Shown here: one piece after another, positions 10,751-23,469 of the stretch
How positions within the stretch are numbered: position 1 is the first letter of the stretch
Layout of the letters: each line of letters begins with the position of its first letter
Assembly (NCBI RefSeq): GCF_037042905.1
Contig: NC_087246.1
Coordinates: 56,482,001-56,546,000, forward strand
Reading direction: 5' to 3'
DNA from: Lytechinus pictus
Taxonomy: Eukaryota
DNA: 64,000 nt
Notes under the pieces: generated by a model
The model's input: only the letters and a program-made list of their open reading frames with translations
Told to the model about the DNA's origin: nothing
Database searches by the model: none
Translations under genes and position numbers: made by a program

Positions 10751-12794
10751 ATATATATATATATATATATATATTCTTGTTAGTAAATAGGCATATACTC
10801 AACAATTTGATGATAAAAATAAAGACTTTACCATTAAACAAGAATATATATATATATATATGATATATATTGCTGAACATCAAAATGCCTAAACAGATAC
10901 CTATTCATGAGCATAAATGTTTAATGTTTCATTTGTGAACTTATGAGCTTAATTTCTTTTCATGTGCATGCATACTGTAACTTAAGATTGGAAGAAATCA
11001 TGTAACTGTTAAACACTTTTACTAACATGAATATTAGTATGTGGGACTAGAGTGAAATTTCATGGTATCTTTGGAAGAGTTTTAAAAGGTGAAGAAATAA
11101 AATATCATCATTGGTTTTAACATATTTTGTCAATATCATACAAATAATTAACATACACGAAAATCAAGTTAAAAAATTATTTGTCCGGGGGTCATACTCA
11201 AGGTCAAAGTAAAGGTCAAAGGTCACGACCTTATAAATCGCTCCAATACATTATTTGATGCATGTTTTGGATTCCTCTCTGAATTTCCTAATAAATGGTA
11301 CCAGTTTCATGAAAATTGGTCAACACGTTACGACGCAGTGGCCATTGAAAGTTGAAGGTCAAGGAGAAGGAGAAAGGGCGGGCCGTAGTGCGAGAACCGA
11401 CGGACCAATTGGACTTATTTTTTTTGTTTTGTACGTGGGCCATGGTGAATTTTATGTGTTCCAATTTACAACGAATTCTGAGACGGTCGGGTGCAACCAC
11501 TGGGTGAATCCAGATGGAATGACCCGTATCTGCTACTGTACCAACAACACAATAGAATCCGTTCTAATCGGATCTATGCGGGTGCATAAAATATATTTAC
11601 AAACCCATTTAGCATGCATACATCCTCACCTTCACATTATTAGCATTATTTCACGGTGAAATTATATTTCATCAATAATTTTGGGGTTTTTTGGACATCG
11701 TTATCATCAGTCAACGGCTTTTGCCGATCCGCCATCTTGGATTTTAAGACCACGATATCGTGCTGTTACATCTTCAAACGTAGAGGGCAGCAACACATGA
11801 CCGTGTAGTTGAACGATATGTGTGCATATGTGAAGCCCAACCCGGCCGGCGACGGGTGCGGGGTACAATCGAGTGTGCTGATGTTGAGTGCAGTCACCAT
11901 GTGTGAATTGTCATGATAATAGCGAAGTGAGATCGTGTTTTCTGGGGTTTTGTGGCAATTTAATATTCTCATTTTGTTGTGATTTTGGAGTAATTTCTGT
12001 TGCTATTCTGTGTATTTTGAGGGAAAATACGTTTTCCGTGATTTTCCGTTTGAAATGCCACTTTCCGTTTCAAAAGGCCCTTTCCGTGAATTCCGTCCGT
12101 TTTCCGCGATCGCGGAAAATCACTGTCCCTATAACTGTTATTGAACTGCACACACAGTACATGTAGATCCAGGTTGCTGCTCAAAAAAAATATTCCAGGG
12201 GTAAAATCCATGATTTTGACTTCCAAAGATTCTTATGACCCTCATTAATTATGGACTACAAAAGATTGATGACCCCCCAAAATCTTGTTAGGGGGAAGTG
12301 ATTTCCGCCGGAAATATCGCTGATGAGATCGCACATGTTCAATCTATCGCAAGAAAATCTGTAATGGCCACCACGGGGGTTCCCCATGGCGGAAAATTTG
12401 ACATCCTTCCAAATATGGCACTATCCCAAACATTGGACATATCGGCCAATTTAATTGGAAATGCGTGTTGTTGACGCGCACTCACGCTCGTTTTCCGAAC
12501 GAAGTTGCGCGCAGCTGAGAGAAGACGTCTAATGTTCAGAGCCAAAAAAGGTCTGTTTCGAAAGTAAATTATCATTATCTTTATCAAAATTATTGATTGA
12601 AATTATTAAAATCGGCATTTTCGCACCAAAAATAAATTATTTTATCAACAATTAAGCAATTATTTTGGTGTCCAGAGTGCAATTTGAATCACCAAAATTG
12701 ATCGCAGCACACAACTCTACGCGTCCGATATTTGGAAATCGCGTCCGATTTTTGGCAAAAAAAAGCTTCCAGTAGTAATTAAATAATTTCCGCT

Positions 12795-13080
12795 TACCAT
12801 AATTTTTTCGATTCAATTTCTTATGGTATTAATATTCAACATTTGTACTACAGAAATAAACATGATTTTTATTTGATTCAATAATTGTATTTTTGTTTTG
12901 GTCCAATTAATTATACTTAAAGAAGTGTCCGATTTCCATTTACCATAATTTTTTCGATTCAATTTTTTATGGTATTAATATTCAACATTTGTACTACAGA
13001 AATAAACATGATTTTTATTTAATTCAATGATTGTATTTTTGTTTTGGTCCAATTAATTATGCTTAAATAAGTGTCCGATA
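12795..13080. repeat. Direct tandem duplication, about 145 bp x2
   Basis: taccataattttttcgattcaatt…gtgtccgat repeated with few mismatches. Confidence 0.9.
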
Positions 13081-13119
13081 TTTGGGCACTTTACCCTATG
13101 TGTCAGGAATGAAGTCCTG

Positions 13120-13276
13120 GGGGCCGTTTCATTAAGGACTTACAACTGTTGTAACTTTGCCATTATGGCAACTACCATGGCAACAGGGCTCAGCAGCCAT
13201 TCAAAATCAAGGTTACCATGGTAGTTGCCATAATGGCAAAGTTACAACAGTTGCAAGTCCTTTATGAAAGGGGTCC
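13120..13276. mobile_element. Palindromic Harbinger-like MITE, CTG TSD
   Basis: CTG|GGGGCCGTTTCAT…ATGAAAGGGGTCC|CTG; near-perfect hairpin. Confidence 0.8.
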
Positions 13277-13345
13277 CTGAACTGAAATCTGAATTGCATT
13301 TAATATTAGATCTATTAAGGTACTGATATACAGACAGATCAATCA

Positions 13346-14381
13346 GGGGCCCGTTTCTCAACACCGTCATAAGTCTAATTTCTTGACTAAATCAGAGATA
13401 GTGAGCTACTTGTCCGCTAACCGTTTCACGAAGCCCTCTTTGCCAAGATCGGGTACAACAACCTCACTAAATATTTATGACACCTCCAAACCTATCATAA
13501 CTTCTACCTTAATGACGTAGTGGCATCACGTGGGTACACTATGACATGCAAAAGTGCCCAGAAATTTGAAAATTATAATCTTAAGTAATCAATCATAGAG
13601 TTTAAATTCCATCACAAAACAAGTGGGATAATACATTCAATTATAAATTTGTAATACAAAGAAACTATAAAACTGTTGGTAAAATGCCACAAAACCATTC
13701 ATTTTTTAATAGTAAAATAATTTAATTGATGAAGATTCTACCACGTTAGGCCATCCATAACTAGACTCGTATTTGCCGTTTACAGACCCCTATTAACATT
13801 TGAATAAATTCTATCTCTAATTTATGCATAGAATTTGTCAAATCGTATGTTTCGGTATCAAAGAGTTAAAAAGTTTATGTTAAACTATATTTTGATAATC
13901 ATGTTTTTTTAATCATAAAAGACAGTATAATTATCATCATTTTACAAAGAAACCGTTATGGTTTACTTTCGTAAACTATTAAAATTAGATACCCCGGGGC
14001 TACCCATCTCAAATTCCCCATGTGATTTTTCAGTCATGAAATAAAATATTCATAATTTCATGTTCTCAGCAATTGAAAGCTCCAGTCTTCATAGTCTAAG
14101 TATGTATGATGCATAATTTACCTGTGCTATTATTTTGAAAAGATGGATTTCCAAATTCATCACAATATTTGCAATTTTGTCATAATTTTTCTTTTTGAAA
14201 ATTATGCTATTTTGTGACCAAGGCTACGTCTTGCCTGCTCTTTTAACCGATAGTATCGATCATATCAAAGTATACTAGTTAGGAAGCCTTTCGTAAAACA
14301 GGTTTAATAAGATTGGAACTAACTCCGTGGTTGGTGGATAAAGATATGACTTACTTGTCCAGGTGTTGAGAAACGGGCCCC
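13346..14381. mobile_element. About 1-kb non-autonomous Harbinger-like element
   Basis: 20-bp perfect TIR GGGGCCCGTTTCTCAACACC. Confidence 0.8.
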
Positions 14382-15554
14382 AAGATTCTGATAAACATTG
14401 CAGTATTGGAACACAGTGATTTTTTATTTATTTTATTTTGATTGGGGGGGGGGGGTATTGGAATTATCAAAAAAGTATAGTCACGTATTGTATTACCGGA
14501 CACTTTCATGATTCCGGACGCACATATTACTGCGTACCAAAACAGTTTCGTACCGTAAGACTTCCGCAGTTCAATTTCACAGAGCAATACATAGAACAAG
14601 ATTGCAAAAACAAGGCAAAAAAATCCAACTTTTACCTTATTTATCTCTAAAATAACAGAAAATGATTAAAGTATCAGATAACATAGATTTGCATTAAACA
14701 ATCAATGTTTCCTGACCGACATATGGGCCTGATTTGCAGAATTTCAATCTTGTTTGATCGAATGGTGAGCTTGAGGTGTGTGTATTGTGGGTGATCGTCA
14801 ACGGCTAGTTCTCAACTACAGGTACCCATACAGCCGTACCTGGATTAGAGCTAGCCGTGGACAATCGACAGCGCATCGACAGTACTTTTGAGCGTCACGA
14901 TATGAATGAACATTTTATAGTGGAAAAAGGGCATGGATGGAACATGCAGACTTTGCAGTTTAAAAAAAATAAAATAAAAATAAATAGAAACTCTAGTTAA
15001 GTTAGCAAACACAAATTTATTACCAAAAACATCTGCTCAGATTCGATATAAAAAAGGAAACAGAAACTTAGAATTAACTCATGTGATATATGAAGAAAAA
15101 ATCATATCAATTCTTTCTTACATCATTATATAATCAAGAATATCCTTACCCGTCCAGGGCGCGTCTGGAATCATGATGTAATTTTTGTCAAGCACGTTAA
15201 AATTGTTTTTTGTGTCAGATTCAGAGGGGTATGAGGCAAGTGCACAGCAAAGAAAACTGTTGGTAATAAATATAAATAATTTTATCATATTCATAATTTT
15301 CATAATTTGGAATAGCGAATGCGAATTTTTCTTGATTGTAATTTCTCGAGTTGTCATTTTTTAAGCACTGAAATAAAGGAGTCAGTCAATTTTGCACACG
15401 GTCGAATATCTCTTTATCTAATTAATATCTTGAAAAACTGATACCACCAACAGAAAAAGCGACCCAAAATTACTCAGTCTCAGTATGGTAATTTTCTTGA
15501 AGGTAATGTCTCAAATTGTGAAAATATTGGCAAAACATTGACGAATTTTGTTAC

Positions 15555-15950
15555 CTTTTGTGTCCGCTACGAGAAAATCCGATCTTCTCAACAAGCATCA
15601 AGAAATCGCCAGCTTGCAAGCGCAAGCAGAGGTCTACGTCTCCAAATGAGTAAAATGTGATACCAACCGAATTTATGATGGCATTAATTTAACCTCCATC
15701 TGATAATTATCTTAGTTCTTAGTACCTTTGTCTACTTGATTTCTTTTCTAAAGCTTTGCAAAACGATTGTGCGAAAATTAAGGTCTCACTCTTTTATGAC
15801 TATTAGGCTTTTTCAGCCGAGGCCGAGCGCGCACTAGTCGATCGCCATGGAATTTAGAGATCGTGATACGACTCTTTACGAGCGAAACCCTTGACCTACT
15901 TTATAATTCCGTCAAGCGAATTTGACTTTGGGATCTTGCCTTCCGTCTGG
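15555..15950 (-). promoter_or_regulatory. Candidate PABPN1 promoter and first non-coding exon
   Basis: CpG-enriched patch in an AT-rich background, with a minus-strand donor AAAAG|GTAACA at 15554; PABPN1 needs an upstream UTR exon. Confidence 0.35.
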
Positions 15951-16610
15951 TATTAATGATTTTGATTAATTTTGTGTAAACTGTGAGAAATTTTTGATTG
16001 AAAATGAACTTCATGATGATTTGTAAAATGTGCGTAAATTATGGTCACCCCATGAGTCATGACATAGTGCCAACAACTTGCACAATGAGGTGGGACTAAA
16101 AATGACAAAACTATCACTCTACAGCTGTCACGGTAACAAACTAATCAAAACCATTATTTGAAGACAAAATATCATCCACACCAGAGTACTTTTCATTTAT
16201 TGAAACAACAGAAACTATATTTTTTACCTACCTTATATTCTACAGCAATACGTTATCGTCTATAAACCGAAATACATCTGTCAGTTCTTGATATTCTACG
16301 TACCAGCTTGGATGCATAAAATTAAAAGCCACGCGTGAGAAAACACTTCGAACTGTCTAAATAAAACCGCAGCTGGCAGCAGACAAAGTAATGAATGAGA
16401 GGATGATCAATTGCAATTTTTTTTAATATATATACAATGCCATCAAGTATTCTTGTGTGTGATCTATCCATTTATCAATTAAACTACATATTTAGCTCCA
16501 ATCCATCTATCACCAAATTATTAATGTTACATCTCTCTGGTTTTTCTTCCAAAAACATTCACTGGGATCATGCAAATCATCAAGCACTCCAGGCAGTGGC
16601 GTACCCCCCA

Positions 16611-16850
16611 GGGCCCCCGTCTCACAAAGAATTACGATTGATCCAATCAATAGTAACTATGGAAATCCATCAGTGTCATATTTTTTCTACAGGAAATTTG
16701 CACAATGTCCTTTGTAAACAAAGAGAAGCACAGTCAATTTTTAAGAAAACAATGACTAAATATACATCATAGTTAAAAAATATTTTAAACAGATACGTTG
16801 CTGGCCGTCCATAGTTGTGATTGATCTGATAAATAGCAACTCTTTGTAAG
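16611..16850. mobile_element. Harbinger-like MITE (degenerate)
   Basis: acaaagaattacgattgatccaatcaatagtaactatgg mirrored by ccatagttgtgattgatctgataaatagcaactctttgt. Confidence 0.6.
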
Positions 16851-18268
16851 TGCTTGATAATTTGCACGATCACAGTGACTGCTTTTGGAAGTGCTTTTAA
16901 CTTTTATATGAAAAATAAGTGACTCCTACAAATTTCATAACTTATTTATATCTGTATCATTGAGTCAGCAAAATGTTAGGCTCTGACACACCATGCTAAA
17001 CACCGATTTTAATGCTTGTTTTATTTTATTCAGCTCTACATTCTGTTCAGGTGAACATGCCCTTCAATAGTTTCAAAGAATAACTGAATCATTGAAAAAA
17101 ATGACCAACTTTTTTTCAAATAAAATGGAACAGGTGAAATTTGACCCCCCCCCCCTAAATCTCAGTGGTTGATCATGCAACTGCAAAGGAAATGAGCATC
17201 CATGTCACCCACAATGTAATTTACCGGTATACTACTGTGGGCCTATACTCAAATCTAAGTTTGATTTTATATAAGAAATTAGAATTTCGCTTGGAAATCT
17301 ATTGAGTTAAGTTTAAAAATGCTGAACTTTGGCTGAATATTTTTTTTTTTTTTATCAAATAGACATCAAAGATTCGCAGAATAATTTTCTTACTTATGAA
17401 TAATAGTAATTGTTTAACAAATTTATTTTGTATTCTTTTTTACTTTGTAATTTTTTTCATGGAAATTGTCATCCAATATATTCCATTAAAAACAAACATA
17501 AAACTATTCTTAATCTATAAAAGTATAAACTATAAAGAGTTTTATTATAGAAAAAGTATTTGTATAGATTGAAATATATCATGGTTTTGAGCAATTTTGG
17601 AACTGGCATGAACTTACAAAATACTGGGCAAATTACGAACTCATGGATCATTAATTTGGTCTAAAAAATTACAAGACCCAAAAGAAAATAGTACAGGAAG
17701 TCAGGAAGACCATGTTGTAAGCCTTTCACGTTTCAGATGTATAGTAAAAAATGTAATGTCAAGCTACATGGTAACACCTAACAGGAATATGGTCTGAGAT
17801 AAAAATGAATAGGTCCAAAGTTTTCAGATGAGGTCTATATCCGAGCGCTTCCTTATTAGTAGGTCAAAGAGTATGACCATATCCCAGAGATTGAAGATTT
17901 ATTTTTAAAAAAATTGGAAGAGTCTCCATTAATGGTATAGACGATCTGTATCATCAATGGAACATCAGCTAATAAAATAGTCCAGGATGTGTACCACTTT
18001 CTCCTAAACAAAATTATAATTTCAATGCAAAAGAGAATGCAATACAGACTGATGGTCCTGGTTATATGAATATCTAAACAAAAACACAACCTTTGACATT
18101 TGGTGTTTTTTTTCAAGCATTTTTAATGATCATTATTGACACAACATTGTGTTCATTCACTCAAATTCTTAATCCAATGGAAGAACTGTTTACAAAGTTA
18201 TGCCACAGTCACAACGGTGAAGCAGACCACAGACCGACCAAGGCTATTACTTTATTTCTAATGACATA

Positions 18269-18507
18269 CACTGCAAAAACTCCGGTGTTGATTTAACACC
18301 AGCCCGGAATCTATATATGTCCACACCAGAGAAGTATTGAAACACCAGTTTGGAATCAAACCGATGCTGTTTTAATACTAATTGGTGTTGTATAAACACC
18401 TATATGGTGTTAGACCAAAACGAAACTGGTTTTGTTTAACACTTCTCTGGTGTGGACATATATAGATTCCGGGCCGGTGTTAAGTCAACACCAGAGTTCT
18501 TGCAGTG
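18269..18507. mobile_element. CACTA/EnSpm-like palindromic MITE
   Basis: TA|CACTGCAA…TTGCAGTG|TA, about 70-bp near-perfect arms. Confidence 0.85.
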
Positions 18508-21129
18508 TACCATCGGTCGGTTGGTGTCGGTTGCGTTGGGTGTGACTGTAGCATGAAGGATACATGAAGAGAGCAAATGTTGGATTGACAAAGGAAAAAG
18601 AAAATATACAACCAAATTCTCCATCAAAACAACTGATAGAAAAATGACAGGTGCAAGACAGGACACATCAAACATAAAATATAATTCCTGCAGCAGCAGA
18701 CAGAGACAAACAAATCTTTGATTCTGAGGTATGAATCTTCAGAAATGAAACTATCATTTTTGTTCGTTCATTGAGTTAAATCTTCGTCCGAAAATCAAAT
18801 GAAATTTTTTGGATATTGTATTTCTTAAAGGAAAGATATTATGCACTCTTCTCTCCTTTAAACGATTTGGTTTAAATTGGTTCTCAATATGTATCAATGA
18901 GGTAGTTCCAAAGTGACATGCAGATGTAGATATGTGTAAAGAGTTTGGATAAATTCATTTGGAAGTTGTTGAATTTCTCTTTATGTTGAAATAATTTTAA
19001 AACAGCAGCAGACAACATATAAACTGTTCCCTTTTGAAGTGTAATGCTAATATCAATATTACTTTTACACAGTATGAAACTGTCCAAAGGTGTCCATATA
19101 TATCAAGTACTTTGGGATATTCTGCTATACTTTGTCAGCAGTAATGAAAATCATACTGGGATATCAATGAAGGACAACAACTTATTAGAACGGCAGAAAG
19201 CAATCAAAGCATAATCAGTAGAATTTGAAATAATTGTCTTGGGGAGAAAGGAAACAACCAACAATATTTCATTCTAAGACACGTTTCATTAACTGACCAC
19301 AGCTTTTCAACATGAAAGTGGATGTATGCACAAAATGTAAATACATGTACAAGAAATGCTCTTACATCAAATAAATACAATATACCCAATGGGAGAATGC
19401 AAAAATTGAATTGTGATAACCGATAAATTTCATATATACATGTATTTCAATTTTACAATGTTTAAATGTAATTGTGGTGATGAACATATTTTTCAAAACC
19501 AAAATTGAAGACCGAAGGCCATTGAACTATAGATATAATAAGTCCAAAGGGGATACTGGTTCACAAGTTAGTCTTCACTTTATGATACAACAACAAAAAA
19601 TTCAGTGCATCCTCAACTGGAGACTAGCAAGATATACATAGAATAAACATGCTGTTTCATGAATTGAAAACTACTTTGAGGGAGTCAGGGAATGCCAGTG
19701 AGACCCTCATGTTCTTAGATCTTCTACAGAATTATAAAATCACACATTTTTCAGGGACATCCAAGAACTTCCATTCATAGGCTTTTCTATCTTCTTTTAA
19801 ATTTCTTAAAATCAAGGCTTAATCCATTACAAGCGCATTGCTTTCTGATATACATGTATAAATTAAACCCAATACATTGTCAAATTGTAAGGTTATTTAC
19901 ATGTATTCATATATTCATATCATTTACTTAATTGATGGCATTTATTACATGTTTCTGTTTCCAAATGACCATATAATGCTAACACTTAAAATTTCCTTTA
20001 CAAATAGACCAATATATCAATCTGAATCTGAAGTCTTTTATATGTGAAATGGGATTAAATTTAAATTTCAACAAGAAATGTAACATTTATTAAGAACTAC
20101 ATGTTCATGGAGGACAGAAATCAGCAATCATTCTATATTGATTAAGTTAGCCTCTTGAATGTGACACCATCAAAGTGGCCAGGTAGAATACAAGGAGACG
20201 GTGAAAACATGAAGATGTGCCATTCAGGAATTCAAATACATCCAATTTGCAAACAAACACAAGACAGCATTCCTGTGGAAGTAACTACCATTAATGTAAA
20301 AAAAAAAATCCTTAATAGCTGAACTTCAATCCACTTAACATAAACTCACTGAGAGTAACAAGGTTACAACAATGTTATTGGAGTAAAGTAAGGTTTAATC
20401 AAAGTCAATGAAAGAGGGAGAGAGAGAGAGACAGAGAGACAGGGAGAGATATAGAGAACGGAAAGACACTGAGAAAGCAGGTTAAGCAACCTTACCACGG
20501 GCAACTCTTATGCACTTTACATTTCACAATTCCTATTTACAATTTCAAATCATTGTAGTGCATGGGTTCAAGTACTGAAGGCTTTATTAAATCCTGCTAA
20601 ACTAGTGGAAATTGGCCCCCAACATATTTATCATAATGTGATTTCTCCACTAAATAATGATGTTCTTTACAATACAACCATTTCATATTCATAAGTGCAA
20701 ATTGAGAATAGAATAAGGCCAAACTCAAGTAGCAATTCCATTAGCAAATTCTAGAGAGATGTGAGCTACTGCTCCATTATCTCCTTATATTATCAATGAA
20801 TACAAAGACATAATGACAGATAACAGGGGAGGCAAGGACCTAACACATTCAAACTGCACCATCTTCAGCCGTGTACATTTATGGCTACTTTCACAGAAAA
20901 TAAACTACTGATTGATATGACAATGAAAAATAACCAAAATTGGTTTGGTTTCTGTTCATCTGTCATTGATTCAACCACATGTTACAAGTGGTGTTACATC
21001 AGTCAGACCGCAGGTCCCTATGCTAATGAGCAAAAAGGCCAGATTCATCCAAATCATCTCGTGGCTGAATCCTCCTCCTTGCAAAATCTCGTGATTCGTG
21101 AGATTTTCTTTCTCTAAGAATTTACCTGT

Positions 21130-21960
21130 TTTAACCTGAAGTTAAATTAAATATTATTGCACCATCAGATAGAGTAAAAGTTACTCTTTCATATTGGTCA
21201 TTTATTTTGTATACAATATTTTGTTAAATAAGTAAATTTCTGGCCTGAAAATGTGCCTAAAACTGAATTTTATTCCTCTGTTTTCTTTTGCAAATTGTGC
21301 AAAACTTTTTATTTTGAGCCACAATGATATTTATATCAACATAAAGCTGAACTTCTGTACTTTCTCACAATGCCACTCTTGATATGCAGCACCTTTTAAT
21401 CGGGTCAAGATCACACTTTTCCCACCAAGGTACAAGACGAGATTTCTGAAATTTTGTACTTGCATGAAATCCAGAGTTCTGATTGGCTGGATAAGATTCA
21501 CAGAACAACAGGCGCGGGGTATTTGAGGAGATTACCACATGGGAAGTGTGACCTTCCCACGAACCCAGGCACTGGAACCGTTGGAATTTGCCAGTGTGCG
21601 GTCTCTTTGACCAATCAGAGTGCAGTATTCTTGTTTTCAAGCTGCTTTATGTACTTGGCAAATGAAAAGTGTGATCTTGACCCGATTAAACCAATTCTTA
21701 TTTTGAAACCTATATCATTTCAAAGCATACATATTCAGCTTTATCATGATATAAAAATCATTTGGGCTCAAACAAAAATAAAGTGTGAAAATAGCAGCTT
21801 TTGTCAGGTGAAAATATTTATTTTGTAGCATATTTTAGATCAAAATTTTAACCTATATTACAAAATCTTTAAATAAATCCAAACACATGACCTGAAAGAA
21901 TGATTCTTCTTCTTTACAATGGTACCAAATTCATGAAATTTGATGCACAATTAGAGCAGC
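21130..21960. mobile_element. Old palindromic DNA-element remnant
   Basis: taatcgggtcaagatcacactttt at about 21398 mirrored at about 21665; further mirrored blocks 21308-21350 versus 21735-21780; outer limits approximate. Confidence 0.55.
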
Positions 21961-22081
21961 AATGACCGAATGAAAAGAGGTGTTTTGGTCCGCATCAAGC
22001 TCATTAAATATGCAAAACATCTCAAGTCATGAATATCACTTGGATGAAAGAAGCCACTTTCTTGGGACCTGCAGTCTGACT

Positions 22082-22278
22082 GTACATGACATTTGCTCCG
22101 GGCTTTATTTCGTCTAAGATGTAGGGTTAGGGATAGTGTTGCAATAGGGGTTTATGTTACGTTTAGGGTTAGGTTTAGGGTAGGGTATAGTCTTAAACCC
22201 AGGGTTGAAGTTGGTAATTTGATTTAGTGTGTGGAATTTAGAGTTGAGGAATTATCGCCGGAGCAAATGTCAAGGTAC
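22082..22278. mobile_element. Short TIR element with telomere-like TTAGGG repeats
   Basis: GACATTTGCTCCGG…CCGGAGCAAATGTC around tagggttaggg / ttagggttaggtttaggg. Confidence 0.65.
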
Positions 22279-23359
22279 CGGTACAAGTACATCATAAATA
22301 CATGGGCTGATAGTGATACATGTCATCAAGAGCTTTGAAGATTAATTCAAAGAAATTTACTGCTTTGGTTTCCTGCACCTGTATACATATTCTTGCATAG
22401 CTTAGAAGTAACGTGCAGATATAATGCAAATTTTGTGAATTTTGAGAATGTTTTGTATTTGAGCTTTACTGAGTAGCTCTGATCACTGTATAAGAGCTAA
22501 CAATCAGAAAGACAATAGAGTCTTGGTTGAATCTTTTCCGTTTGTGATGACAAAAACCTAACAAGATGTTTTCACCAATTTAGCATTAACAAATGAGATT
22601 ACTGCATCAGGGATAATTTCACTTATTTGCTTATAACTCATAAAATGACTGAAATCCAGTAGTCACAATCCAGCCTAATTTCAGGGTCTAACTTTAGAGG
22701 GAGTACTGGAATTCCGAGGTATAGCTTTATGCAGAAATGCCATAGCATGCAAAGACTGAATTGTTCAGGTTCATGATAATACTTAAATGATGGACTTCAA
22801 AACTTCATACAAATTTAGGAACAAAGGGACTCTAAATGTGAACATATTTTTATCACATAAACATAAAGGATGTATGCAAAATCATTGATTTGCAATATTC
22901 TGAAGAAAAAAATATATATTATGGCAATGATTCTTCATATAATGAAAATAAAAATATATTAAAAAAAGAATGTCATACAGCTCTTTGTTGAACTAAACAG
23001 AGCAATAAGACAAATATAAAATGAAAACAGGTGGCAAATTCTAATAATACAATGGAAACATAAATATTGTCTGGAGCTCTATAATCCATTGACGGATAAT
23101 CAGGGATAAAATAAATCTACTTCAAAAGATTTCAGAACAAAGATTTGCAGAACAGTATGTTGCCTGTGATAACGGAACCCAAAATAATCATGACACATTA
23201 TCAATAAAACATATAAAAAGGGAAAACATAAAAAAATGCATAAATCAAATTTCAAATTCATTCATTTCATTGAATTCATAATTCAACAAGGCCACTACCA
23301 GTATGTAAAAAGGTATTGAAATAAATTTACAAGGAATGAATTCTCTGCTGGAGTCTTCC

Positions 23360-23469
23360 CTATAATTGGGAAAATAGATCAAAGAGGTCCGCTGCTCCTT
23401 CACTGTCATCGAGATTGAAGTAATAGTCTTGATCGTTAGGTGCAGGTGATAATCGCAATAATGGGTATG
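23360..23469 (-). CDS. E2F4/5: E2F4/5 terminal coding exon ([35 protein letters not shown])
   Basis: Matches the E2F4/5 PLLRLSP…DY.YNLD..EG..DLFD pocket-protein (p107/p130/RB) binding motif; TAG at 23360-23362. Confidence 0.95.

Larger units (their letters stand above)
9372..11525. mobile_element. Foldback DNA transposon with TIRs over 640 bp and 4-bp TSD (Sola2-like, non-autonomous)
   Basis: GGGTCATTCCAT…ATGGAATGACCC termini; arms 9372-10037 and 10885-11525 are inverted copies; TSD GTAT confirmed by the empty site in the paralogous host copy at about 45200-45220. Confidence 0.85.
9180..12131. mobile_element. hAT-like non-autonomous element (TIR TAGGGACAGTGATTTTCCG), interrupted by the Sola-like element
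   Basis: Perfect terminal IRs; 6-bp TSD TAACTG; uninterrupted copy at 44605-45399. Confidence 0.85.
9048..13096. mobile_element. Older Tc1/pogo-like element hosting the nested insertions
   Basis: TA-flanked degenerate TIRs GAGTAAAGTCCCCAAACATTGGAC versus GTCCGATATTTGGGCACTTTACCC; internal repeats of gtccgatatttgg. Confidence 0.6.

Noticed and set aside
9099-12226. Cluster of ORFs duplicated at 44570-45525 and between the foldback arms
   Set aside because: Chance ORFs in non-coding repeat copies; no transposase motifs
12290-12760. CpG-rich patch as the PABPN1 promoter
   Set aside because: Lies inside the pogo/Tc1-like element and shares its internal motifs; cannot be excluded, but 15555-15950 is the better candidate
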